A program made the translations under genes and the position numbers. The notes beneath the pieces are model-generated. The model was not told the DNA's origin. It did not search any database and saw nothing but the letters and a program-made list of their open reading frames with translations. Shown piece by piece: positions 41,071 through 52,325 of a DNA stretch of 64,000 bases (its first letter is position 1; each line of letters opens with the position of its first letter). The stretch comes from Lama guanicoe (Eukaryota): NCBI GenBank assembly GCA_013239625.1, contig MU053934.1:2808399-2872398 (forward strand). The letters are read 5' to 3'.

Positions 41071-41814
41071 ATTCCGTAAGCCCTTATTAGTATGATGTTC
41101 TTGTCAATATTTGGCAGTATTCATAGAACCTGAGACATCATCATTTGTAAGACACATTATTACTCTATACGCCTCTGGGAAAATAAAAACATGCCCAGAG
41201 AAGCTGACAAAACGATTTTTCTCACTTAGGATTTTTAATTAAGAGCTCTTTCAGATTTATTTAAATGTAGACTTTTTTTTAAATTCTACGTCATTCTATG
41301 GATTGTATAAAAGGAAAATGACAAGCAAGATGAATTGGTTGAAGTGTGCTTGAGATTTCTTTGTATTTGGAGGCTGGTACTCCTGGATCATTTAACTCAA
41401 AGTCTCTGTGTCTTTGCTTTTCTACCCAACAGCATCTTTTGTACAATCGAGGGCATGGGGGATGCAGCATCACTTATGTGAATGCTCCACTGTCATCTGC
41501 CTCCCACCACGCACCATTCTGTGTATATTCAGACTTGATAAATGAGGAAAATGAAGGAAGGAAGAAAAGACAGATGGAGGGAGGTTAGGAGAGAGTCTGT
41601 GACTACAAATTTTCTCTCTGTCTTACACATGTATTTTCTGTCTAATATCTGATTATGCCAGTATCTTTGTTTCTTGGGAGTCAGTATCTATTGTTTGTTG
41701 TTTCTGGTTACTTTCTCCACGGTGGCGTCTTTCCTTGTGAGTTTGGTGATTGTTGATCGTGAGCTTACAGAAGGGAAACTGAGAGCACTTTCCTGCAGAG
41801 AGATTTTTTCGAAT

Positions 41815-42150
41815 TAATTCTTTAAATTGAAGTACAGTCCCTTTGCAATGTTGTGTCAATTTCGGGTGTGCAGCATAATGTTTCAGTCATCCATATACAT
41901 ACATATATTCCTTTTCATGCTCTTTTTCATTATAGGTTCCTACAAGGTATTGAATATAGTTCCCTGTGCTCTACAGTAGGAACTTGTTGTTCATCTATTT
42001 TACATACAGTAGTTAGTATCTGCAGATCTCCAATTCCAAATTTATCCCTTCCCAACCCATTTCCCCACCCCCGGGTAACCATAAGTTTATTTTCCATGTC
42101 TGTGAGTCTATTTCTGTTTTGTAAATAAGTTCATTTGTGTCGTTTTTAGA
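41815..42150 (-). mobile_element. 5'-truncated L1 3' end
   Basis: aattgaagtacagt...attgaatatagttccctgtgct...aatttatcccttcccaccc...ggtaaccataagttt. Confidence 0.85.
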
Positions 42151-42911
42151 AATTTGCATTTGTTTCCGACGGGAGGCAGGAGCAGTCCTACCCTAGAATC
42201 GGCTGCAGCCTCCTCCATGGCCCTCAGTCTAAGCTGAGAATCTTGAGTTCAGCTGCCCACGTTGTTGGGAGCCCAGGGCTTCCATTCCAGTTGGTCGGAA
42301 CTGCTAATCAGCGCTTGAGCTGATCGCAAACTCGACACGACATTTCCTGTTTGCTTAATATTCAGGTTTCAGCTCACTATTTTTGTTGATTTTATTCTTT
42401 GTTTTCGGTTTTTGTTTGAAAAGAGGGGGTGCCTTGGAGAATCCCTTCTCCCCTTGGGAATCCAGCAATGCATTTAAAGACCACGTTTATCCGCGATCTA
42501 GGGGGTTTGCGGTACATATCTAGTTCATCACACCGAGTGAAGTCACAGACCTTCTTCTGCCATTGGGCACTTCACTCACTATGGGAAGTCACAGTGGAGC
42601 AGCGGAGACGGGCCTGATTTTTTTAAAATTTGATCTCCTGCAGGGGCTATGCAGGGGCCTCGAGGGCCTTTCCCCAGGTTTTTGCCGGACATCTACTTTG
42701 ACTTTCGACCAGCTCCTCTCCACGTTCAAGGGTACTTCTGTCCCTTGAATTCACTGACTCACCCTCTTTCTCAGTATTGCTTCTGGCTGAAGGGCAGCCT
42801 GCTGGCCTCTTCCATACGTTCCTGGCTTCTGCATCGTAAAATCGAGAGCAGGTCACTTCCATGTCCTCGACTGGTAGCTTTGGTTGCTACTGATATGTTT
42901 TTGTCCGATTT

Positions 42912-43181
42912 TCTTTTTTTTTTGATTAAAGGATAGTTGATTTACAATATTGTGTTAATTTCTGGTGGGCAGCATAGTGGTTCATTTATACATATACATA
43001 TGTATTCTTCACAATAGGTTGTTACAAGTTGTTGAATGTAGCTCCCTGTGCCATCCAGTAGGACCTTGTTGTTTATCTATTCTGTATCTAGTAGTTTGTA
43101 TCTGCTAATCCCAAACTCCTAATTTATCCCTCCCCCTGCCCCTTTCCCTTTGGCAGCCGTAATTTTGTTTTCAGTGTCTCA
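42912..43181 (-). mobile_element. 5'-truncated L1 3' end with TSD
   Basis: Poly-T, then atagttgatttacaatattgtgtt...; TSD tccgatt(t/a)tctt at 42904 and 43182. Confidence 0.85.
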
Positions 43182-43554
43182 TCCGATTATCTTAATGAAT
43201 TTTGTGTTCGTTTTGATTAGTATCTGGAAGACAGAGTCTACACTTCTGCTTCACTCTCTTGCTTAATCTAGAAATCTAAAATCTGCATTCTAAACAGCAC
43301 CTCAGATGTTGTAGGTGGTCTTTAGACTAGAATTTGAAAGTCAGATACGGGGTTACCCATGGCGTGAGCGAGTTCGAATAAATAAGCAGAACGAAGCAGG
43401 CTGTGGACAACGCTGAGGTCAGAAAGCCTTTGCCTATCACTTTCATTGAAGCCTTTAAGATGCAATTAAGTATCAAGTGATTCCATAACAAGTGAAGTTC
43501 AAAAACAGAGGCAACGCAGAACGACTGTTCCTCAGTCACTTAAACAGGAGGACT

Positions 43555-44270
43555 GTATGGCCATCAATTCCGCTTCTGGGAATAGTCTCAAAGGAAGTGA
43601 AAACAGAGACTTGAATAGATAATGTCTACTTCAATGTCCATAGCAACATCGTTCACCAGAGCTGCCATGGACCCAGGTGTCCATAGATATCCATACAATG
43701 GAATATTACTGAGCCTTAAAAAGAAGGAATTCTGACCCATGCTACAATGTGGATGAACCATGAAGACATTATGGTAAATGAAATAACCCAGTCACAAGTC
43801 GATAAATACTGTATGATTCCACTTCGATGAGATACCTAGAATGATCAAATTCACAGAGACAAAAAGCAGAATGATGGTGTCAGGAACTAGGGGGCGGTGG
43901 GAACGGGGAGTTCTTGGTTAATGGGTACAGACTCTTAGTTGGGCTGATGAAAAATTTCTAGAGATGGATGGTGGTGATGGTTGCCCAACAATGTGAAGGT
44001 ACTTAATGCCACTGAACTGTACAAAGTGGTAAATGTTATGTTATATATATTTTACCACAATTAAGAAAAAACAGCTAATTTACAGGGAGAAAAATCAGAG
44101 TAGTGGTTATCTTTGAGAGAGTGTGACAGGGTGGAGCCTTCTGGCATCTGGGAGCGTTCTATATTTGATTTAGTGGGGGTTATGTGAGTGTATAAATTTA
44201 TTAATACTCCCTACACTGTCCATGTAGGATTTGGGCACTACAGAGTATGAAATTTTAAAGTATTTTAAAT
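43555..44270 (+). mobile_element. Old L1MB-type 3' end plus an adjacent older L1 3' fragment
   Basis: caattcc.cttctggg.ata...atacaatggaatattac...ggatggtggtgatggttg...tatattttaccacaat. Confidence 0.85.
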
Positions 44271-45964
44271 GCAGATATAGTAGAGAGCTCTTGACTCACT
44301 GTGGGAATTTTAAAAAATTATACGAGCAAAATTTCTTAGGTTCCAGGCAGAAAGGAGCTGGGCTCCACGACATTCATTCATGACAGTTGTCCGAGAATCA
44401 TGGAACCGAGAAAAGCAAGCCTGTGAACTGGTGGGGTCCGTGCATCCCCCACCCTCTCATCAGAACGGAGTTGAGTAACCGCGCGCCTCATCCCGCCTCC
44501 TGGGAGCGCACAGCCACGCCACAGGGACTCCTCAAGAACGTAATTAAGCTTCTCTTGCTTTATTTTTGCTTGACTTCTTGTTGCTTGTTTGCCTGTTTTT
44601 ATATCATTGGCAACTTAATTTTCAGCTGACCACTGTTAACCTCTGATGTTCCATTTTCAGGCCACCTCGCTGCTGAGTCTGGGTCCGACGTCCCCATCAG
44701 TCAGTGCATCACACAGGGAGCCGGGAGGCTGAGGGGAGGAAAGGGTACGACCCTTGTCCGGAGCTCAGCTGAGCGGGGAGAGAGAGCTGAGTGCCCAGAT
44801 GTGGGAGACCCAATTATTATAGCAACAAGCTGACGACGGAATCACTTCCTGTGATGGTAGATGGCATAAGACCCTATAAGCAGGATTGCAAAGCCCGAGA
44901 AAGCACCGACTCCCTGCCACCCTTTCCCTCTTAGGGGCCTCTCGCTGTTGAAGCCAGAACACAAGGTTTCCGCCTTTTTAGGGACCTTGGGGTTGGGGGA
45001 AGGCTCGGAGGGGAAGAGCACAGGGTTCTGAGAAAGGGTCCTCCAGGTGTCCCCCTTGCCCCCATAAGGAGGTCTCTGCCCAAGGCCTCAGCTAAGAGGC
45101 CTAGGAATGCAAATATGCAAAAGAGCATGATGTGGCCGGCCAGGCGCCTGAGTCTTTGACCTTAGCCGCTTCCTCAGAGCTGCCTTGCATTGTGTGCGCC
45201 CCATTGGGGGGTGGGGGGAGGGCAGCCATGGAAAGTTTGTGACTGCCTGTGGTTAGGGCTGAAAAGCACACAGAGGTTTTTAACCAGGAGCCAGGCTCCT
45301 AAGCGATGTGGGTCTCCTGCACTCTCTAGGTGGGAAGTGGGGGGTTCGCCCTTCCCTGAAGTGACAGGATGGAGCTCCCTATGCTCCCGGAGACCAGGAG
45401 AGCCCAGTGCTGTGTGGGGCTTCTCAGGTCCCTGAGCTCAGTCCAGTGATGAGCAGAAGGCAGGAGAACGCTGCCTCATCTTGACCTCTGGAAGGGCCTC
45501 TCTCCTCCTTCTAGTGACCAAGCCTGGGGGTGGCCCCTTCCGGGTGGGGTCCCCAGACCCCAGCCCACAACCAAAGAGCACAGCGAGGACGGGGTGGGTG
45601 GGAGCCCCTGGGAGAGAAGAAAGACCTAGGACTTTACCGAGATCCTCCTCTCCAGCCCAGGACAGAGGCCCCCACAGACCTCTCCCCACCAGGCAGGGAC
45701 TTCACAGGGGCAGGAGAGCCACAGAGAAGTCTGGTCCTGCGGCCACCTCCCTGCCCTTCAGCCTGAGCTGTCCCCGCCCTGTGGGGCATTCCAGGCACTT
45801 CCCAGCCAGGCCCTTCCCGGCAGGAAGAAAGCAAAGAACAATCAGATCAGGAATCCAGTGGCCAGAAATCCAGCAGTTACAGGTTCTCCCTCTTGTCCCT
45901 GCCCCTGCCCTGTCTTCGCTCAGGAGAAATGGTACTGCCTGTTCCTTTTGCCAGACTCCAGTCC

Positions 45965-46145
45965 GGCTCGACGTGGCATGTCACCAAGCTTGTCTTTATT
46001 TAAAATTTCATATTTTGTTCATCTTGGATTTTTTTTACAATATTGCATTAAAATATTATCTTGATTACTGAATATTTGGGTGCCTCCTTAAATTTTGTGC
46101 CCAAAGGGGATGCTGTACTCACTTGGTCTTAACCTCAGCCCTGCT
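45965..46145. mobile_element. hAT-type DNA transposon remnant (MER96B-like)
   Basis: atattttgttcatc.tggatt...aatattgcattaaaatatt.atcttgattactga...ccttaaattttgtgccc. Confidence 0.5.
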
Positions 46146-46779
46146 GTGTTCAGGGAGTCATTCATTCATTCATTCATTCATGCATTCATCTATTCCACAG
46201 AGTCACTAAGGGTCCCGTCTGTGCCAGGGCACGCGCTGGGTACTAGGGAGAGAAGGGGAGCCCCACACAAGACAGTGATGGAGAGAGACAGCCCGGAGCC
46301 CCAGGACTGTGGGACAGTGGGGCCAGGAAAAGGACAAAGTGGTACCAGGGGAATCAAAATCGTTCCAGCTAACCCTTGGGGTTATCGCGCTCCAGGCTCT
46401 GAGCCGCTGTCTTGCAGTGTGATGTTTCAATGGCTCTTCGATGTTTATAGATGCTTGTAAGTAGCAGATGGGGGTATTGAGCCTTGGTAAAGTTATATGC
46501 ATGGAATTTGCACAAGGTTACATTCTGAGCAGTAGTGGAGGTGGGAGCCCAGCCAGGTCCGTGTGGCTCTGGGTTCTCACCTGCTCTGGGGTTGCAGCCG
46601 CCTCCCCCTGCTTCCCCCCGGGGGGTCAGGGACGACTGCGTGGGGGGTACTTTGCAATGCCCTGACAGAGGATGCATGATTTCCAGGGAGACAAAGTGTA
46701 GAAGGGAGGCATACTTCTGGCAGAAGGAATAACATTCGCAAAGTCACATCTCAGGAGAAAAAAATGATATCTCGGAGTC

Positions 46780-46915
46780 CACAGTTCTAAGAAGCTGGGC
46801 AATCTCGTGAAGAGTCGCTTGTGCAGAAACAGGCCAGGGCCGGCATCGCTTCCTCTTTCTGCTTTTCTGTTTCCTAACGACGTCAGCATAAATAGGAAGC
46901 TGGAGAGACTCCGGG
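46780..46915 (+). promoter_or_regulatory. CSF2RB: CSF2RB proximal promoter
   Basis: GAS TTCTAAGAA 46785-46793; PU.1/ETS sites (cttcctct 46849-46856, gtttcct 46869-46875); CRE-like gacgtca 46879-46885; TATA-like cataaata 46887-46894; all immediately upstream of the putative exon 1. Confidence 0.7.
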
Positions 46916-46962
46916 CCGCCTGGAGACTTCAGCAGGAGGTTGGTCTGTCCCGGCACAAAGAG
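46915..46962 (+). other. CSF2RB: CSF2RB non-coding exon 1 (5' start approximate)
   Basis: ctggagacttcagcaggaggttggtctgtcccggcacaaagag|gtatgg resembles the recalled human CSF2RB exon 1 end (...TGGTCTCTCCCACCACACAGAG); good donor site. Confidence 0.7.
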
Positions 46963-47429
46963 GTATGGCCGGTTTCGGGGGCAGGCTGTAGGGCGGGGTG
47001 GGGAGCAGGGCAGGGTGGGAGTCTGGGATGGAGAGGACAGGGAGAGCCGGGGGGTGTGAAGTGGGCAGGTGTGTTCTGGGGACGTGGGTGGTTAGGGCTT
47101 GGCCTCTTGGGAAGAGGTGAACCCAGAGTCCTCGGGCAGCCCGTGGGCGAGGAGACAGCGGGTGCTGACTGGCCTGGTGTTGTGTGAAGAGCTTTTGGGG
47201 GGCTGGGCCTCACAGGCAGATCTGAGTGTCCTGGCAGAGGGGTGGGGGTTGCCTGGGGTGGTGGAGTGCTCAGGCCTGGGAGTCAGTCACCTGTGTACTG
47301 TCCTCTTTGCTTTGTCACTAAAGTGTCACTAAGGTGTTGGTGGCAGTGAGAATATCCTGTCCCGGGCTTCTGTCTCATCTTTGGAACGGGGAGGGAGCGC
47401 CAATATTCTCTGACATCCTGGTTTAGAAA

Positions 47430-47480
47430 GTGTGTGTGTGTATGGTGTGTGTGTGGTGTGTGTTTGTGTGTGTGTGTACA
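47430..47480. repeat. Imperfect (TG)n microsatellite
   Basis: Direct reading. Confidence 0.8.
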
Positions 47481-48114
47481 TACGTGGGTGTCCACGGGGA
47501 TGCAGAGAGACTAGGAGGCGGAGGATGAAGCGAGAACCTTGCTGCGCTGGAGCCCAGAGCTTGGTGCTCCTTGAGAAGCTCACTTTGGAAGACAAGAAGA
47601 GGCCCAGTCCCTTCCGCAGAGACACATTGTCCCCTCTCAAAGAATGGTTTCTTTACTGTCGTGCTCCACTCTGAGCCGCAGTTGCTTCGTTGGGTTTGGG
47701 CCCAGGTGCGTAGTCCTGTACTGAAGTGTGTTGGCTGGTGGTGGGCATTTGGGGCTGTCTGCATCAGGATGTGTGCACTTGCCCTGTGGATGGGCGGCAG
47801 GTGTTTCTGTGGGTCCCCCTTGGGGTATGAACCCATGGGGACTCGCCAGACAGGCTCCAGCGACAAGTTGCAAATATGTGATGTTTAAGTTTTCAAAGGC
47901 TCTGCTGTTATATTTTGGCATAACTAGATTCTAATTTTCTCTACTTATCATCTTCCCTGCTTTCCGATAGTTTTATAACGAGTAAAACCTTTCCTATTAA
48001 TTTTTGGTCACTCCTTTTCCATCCATCCATTTTCCTTATGTTGTGCTGTATCTACCAACACTATGGGATAACTACTGAGTTCTTCAATCAACGCATTTAA
48101 TATTAAACAAGTAA

Positions 48115-48257
48115 GGGCGGAGGGGATAGCTCAAGTGGTAGAGCGCATGCTTAGCATGCATGAGGTCCTGGGTTCAATCCCCAGTACCTCCTCTAAAAAT
48201 AAATAAACTGCCCTCTCATCTGCCAAAATAAGATAATTAAGTAATACAATAATAAAG
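48115..48257 (+). mobile_element. tRNA-Ala-derived SINE (Vic-1-like) with 13-bp TSD, CSF2RB intron 1
   Basis: Intact A and B boxes; TSD attaaacaagtaa at 48102-48114 and 48258-48270. Confidence 0.9.
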
Positions 48258-48279
48258 ATTAAACAAGTAAATACATGGA

Positions 48280-50800
48280 TATCTGCTTTGTTAAAAATTA
48301 AAATGATGCAGAATTATGTAGTGTAAAAGACAAAATCCCAATCATTTCAAACCCCTAGTTGTCTCATATCCATTCTCATTTACAACATGTATTCTTTCAA
48401 AACATTTTCTAAGCATGCTGCAAGTATGTAGGTTTTGTGTGAGTGTGGTTCATAAATGAGATTATCACATACATATTGTTCTGTGACTTGATTTTCCACT
48501 TAATATTACATTTTGGACAACTCCCCAGAATAATACATATAGACTTAATCCATTAATTAGCCCCAAGAAATACGTGGCATTTATTAGTATAGGCATGCCA
48601 CAATTTACCCAGTCCCATGCTGCTAGACACTTAGGTTGTTTTCAATTTTTCCACCATTGAGAGTATTTCTCCAGCTCAGATTCCTAGAAGCAGAATTGCT
48701 GGGCAAGAGATTTTACCTTTAAAATAGTAATAGATATTGTCAAATCATCCTCAAAACAGCTGAATTAACATAACCTCCACCGTTGTACGTAAAAAGGCTG
48801 ATTTCTTTTTAAGGAAATGATTCATCTTTTAATTGTTTCATCCAGTGCAATGGATGAAAATTATCTGGTTCTGGCTTGGATTTTTCCCTTCCCTGATTAT
48901 AGGTGAAACTGTACATCTTCCATATGTTTATTGGCCATGTGAATTCCTTTTATGATGTGCATGGAAATGTCCTATGTCCATTTCTTGATAGGTTCTTTGT
49001 CTTTTATGTATTATTTTTGGAATGACTCATCTATTATTTGTATTAACCTTTTATTTGCATATGTTGAAAATAGACTCTTCCAGATTACCACTTGTTTTTA
49101 TTTTTATTTTTGACAAGTTTAAGTTATCTTGTATCACATGAAGATGTGTTAGTTGCATTTAAGTCAAATCTGTCAATTTTTACTTCATGCTTTCTGGATC
49201 TGGTGTCTTGTTCAACCCCTAAGATTAAAGAACTATTCTTAATGCTTTTATCATTTTAGTTTTGACTTTTAGATCTTTAATCCATCTAGAATTTGGAGGG
49301 GTGGATAATTGGTAAAGTAATAATCTAACTTAAAAAAATCATTAACTAATTGTCTGAATATCATTAATTGTGAGGATACAACCCATGCTTTCCTCAGTGA
49401 CTTGAAATGCCATGATTTCTTCCTAAATTCCTACTTGGTTATTTTCCTTACTGTTTCCTGTTCCATCTGTCTACTCTTATATTCCTTATTATTTTTCTAG
49501 CTAACAGAGCAAGTCTGTCATGTTTGATTTTTTATAATCTAGACTCTGATGTTGCCACAGGTTTCCAGTAGACCCAGAAATGCCAGCCTTCCCCTCACTT
49601 CCTCATTTACTAAGGTTCATTCCTCTGTTTGATCAGGAATGGCTTTTGTATCATCAAATATTTAGGAGCATCTGTTGAGAGAAACTTATTCTTCTTTTCC
49701 TTTTAATCAGTTGATTTTTTTTTTGGTGTGTGTGTGAGGGTAATTAAGTTTGTTTATTTGGTTATTTAAGTTTTTAAATGGAGGTACTTGGGGTTGAACC
49801 CAGGACCTCGTGCATGCTAAGCATGTGCTCTACCACTGAGCAATGATCTACTTTTTTATCATGAATAGATTTGATGCATTCTTCTTTTAAAAGTCCTTGT
49901 CAGATTGTCCTAGGAAATTGTTTTTGTCCAGAGTGAATGTGCTTTGATTTATTTTTTTCCTTTTCCAGTTTTTATTTTTAGCATTAAATTGCTTGATGAA
50001 TTGGGGGTTATTTTTAGTGAAAAGGTGTTTGGCTCTTCCCTTCTCTAGCTCCCTCTTTCTTTTGCCTTTCCCCCACTCTGTCATCCTCTTGCTTCCATGC
50101 TTACCCCTCACTCTTAGTGATTTTTACTCCTTACATTTTAAACACACATGTTTAACTCATATTTTCCATCAGCATTTGGACTTAATGAGTGTATGTACCG
50201 TCCTCTAAAATGAGACAAGATCTTTAAACAAGCTTTCAGTTCTCCTCCGCTTTCCCCCTCTCACCTCACAGCCAACTTCCACGTTACAATCATGAGTTTT
50301 ACTTCAATATTGTTATCATGTATTTATTTTCACTTTATATGGTAACGATTCTCTACTTAGCTATAAGCCCTGTTGGTTTTCTTCTCTCAGCACTGATTCC
50401 AGTATCACAGGCTGTCTCGCTTTCTTGGATTTTTTTTTTCTTTCTGGAAAAGCACCCTAATTCTTTTTTTTTTTTCATAAATGATCTGAAAAGCTTTCTC
50501 TGTTCATGCATTTCCAAAATGTTGTGGTTTTCTGCCCTTGGCTTTTGGTAATTTGAGTTTCCAGCATATTTTCCTCTCAGTCTTTTCAAGACATTGCTGT
50601 CTATTTAGAGTTCAGGGTCACTTATGTGAAAATTTTGCCAGCCTGATCTTTGTTTCACTGAAAATAACCTGTCTGTTTCCTTCTGGAAGCTTCTAGGCTT
50701 ACCCTTTTATTCTTGAAAGACAAAGTTCATTAGCATGTGACTGAGTATGGCACTATTAAAAATGAATCTTGCTTTTCACTTAGTGGACTATCATCTCCTT
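48280..50800 (-). mobile_element. Ancient L1M fragments (AT-rich, highly degenerate)
   Basis: gacacttaggttgttttcaattttt, agattcctagaag.agaattgctggg, tagatctttaatccatct.gaattt motifs. Confidence 0.6.
49714..49842 (-). mobile_element. tRNA-Ala-derived SINE (Vic-1-like), antisense, CSF2RB intron 1
   Basis: ggaggtacttggggttgaacccaggacctcgtgcatgctaagcatgtgctctaccactgagc is the reverse complement of the SINE head. Confidence 0.88.
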
Positions 50801-50849
50801 TAAAGCCCTGTGAAGCTTTCTTCTATTTCCAATTGTATCTCTTTGGTTA

Positions 50850-51330
50850 TATAAGGAAAATCCCCAAATAACAGTGGCTTAACAACAAAGAAGTTTATTT
50901 TTCCCTCGCATAAAAGATGTCCAGAGGTAGACAGTCTTGGGCTAGTGTGATTGCTCCACAGTGAAAAGAGGGATCCAGGTTCCTCTTTTTCTGTTGCATA
51001 TGAGTTCCATTCTCAAGGTAACCTTATAATTCAAAATGGCTGCTGGAGCTCCAGCCATCACTTCCAAGTTGCAGGCTGGAAGAAGAATAAAAAGCAGGGA
51101 GGCAAAAATGGACTCCTCCTGCCTTAGCCAACTACCTTTCAGTAGCCTTTTTTGGAAGGCACACCCAATGACTCCACTCACATCTTCAGGGATAATGTTG
51201 AGTTACATGATCATAACTAGCAATAGGAAAATGTAGGAAATACACTCTTCTATCGTATACTCTTCTGTCTATACAGCAATAAGCCCAGCCAAAACCTGAG
51301 CTTCTGTTACCAAGGAGGAAAGGAACTGCT
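50850..51330 (-). mobile_element. Old MaLR (MLT1J-like) LTR
   Basis: acagtggcttaac.a.aaagaagtttattt...aaaatggctgctggagctccagccatcac.tcc.agtt.caggc. Confidence 0.65.
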
Positions 51331-51674
51331 AAGTAGCTGACACTGCTATTCCTGAACTCAGTTCTGTCTGTCCTCTGCTTCTAGATGTTGGAATTCCTGG
51401 ATTTGTTTTCCAGGTCTCGGCTTTTCTCTAAAACTTTCCATTTCCTTGCCTATTTACTCTGTCTTCAATACCTACCTTTGTGACATGATTATTTATATGG
51501 TTAATTCTATGATTTAGCCGTATTGAGTGTTGGGGGTTTTATTTGTTTGTTTTTTATGGATTTCAAACCTCCAAATTTCAAGAACTCTGTTTATTTGTTC
51601 TTTGCATAGCAGTCTGTTCTTAAATGGCTATGATTTCTCAAATCTCCCTGAGGACGCTAACTAAGACTTTTAAA

Positions 51675-52325
51675 AAAAATCTTTATACAATATTTAGGGG
51701 TTACTTTCCATTTACAGTTATTACAAAATCATTGGCTATATTCCTTGTGTTGTACAAGACATCCTTGAGCCTATGTTGCACCCAATAGTTTGTACCTCCC
51801 AGCCCCCACCCCTGTACAGCCCCTCTTCCCTCCCACCCCATCCATTGGTAATCATTACTTTGTTCTCTGTAGCTGAGTCTGCTTCTTTTTTGTTATATTC
51901 ACTAGTTTGTTGTATTTTTAAGATTCCACACATAAATGATATCATACAGTTGTCTTTCTCTGTCTGATTATTTCACTTAGCATAATGCCCTCCAGGTCCA
52001 TCCATGCTGCTGCAAATGGCAAAATTTCATTCTTTTTTAAGGTTAAGTAGTATTCTATTGTGTGTATTACATCTTCTTGATCCATTCGCCTGTTGATGGA
52101 CACTTAGGCTGTTTCCATGCCTTGGCGATTGTAAATAATGCTGCGGTGAACATTGGGGTGCATGTATCTTTTCGAATTAGTGCTTTTGTTTGTTTGTTTG
52201 TTTGTTTATTTGTTTGTTTGTTTTTGGATATGTACCCAGGAATGGAATTGCTGGGCCATATGGTAGTTCTAATTTTAGTTTTTTGAGAAACCTCCATCCT
52301 GTTTCCCACAGTGGTTGCACCAATT
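51675..52325 (-). mobile_element. L1 3' portion (ORF2 C-terminus and 3'UTR)
   Basis: The minus-strand ORF 52067-52309 contains CTPMFTAALFTIAKAWKQPKCPS, the L1 ORF2 C-terminus. Confidence 0.92.

Noticed and set aside
36790..41760. Apparent duplication of tatctattgtttgttgtttctg... at about 36790 and 41680
   Set aside because: Short and diverged, and consistent with two fragments of the same ancient L1 family rather than a segmental duplication.
17200..46700. Second beta-chain paralogue (mouse Csf2rb2-like) or another gene in the intergenic region
   Set aside because: No cytokine-receptor exons or other recognisable coding sequence seen; the ORFs are short, repeat-derived or low complexity.
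48115..48195. Functional tRNA-Ala(AGC) gene (also 27328, 30246, 49780)
   Set aside because: Mismatched acceptor stem, A-rich tail, TSDs and multiple dispersed copies indicate SINEs.
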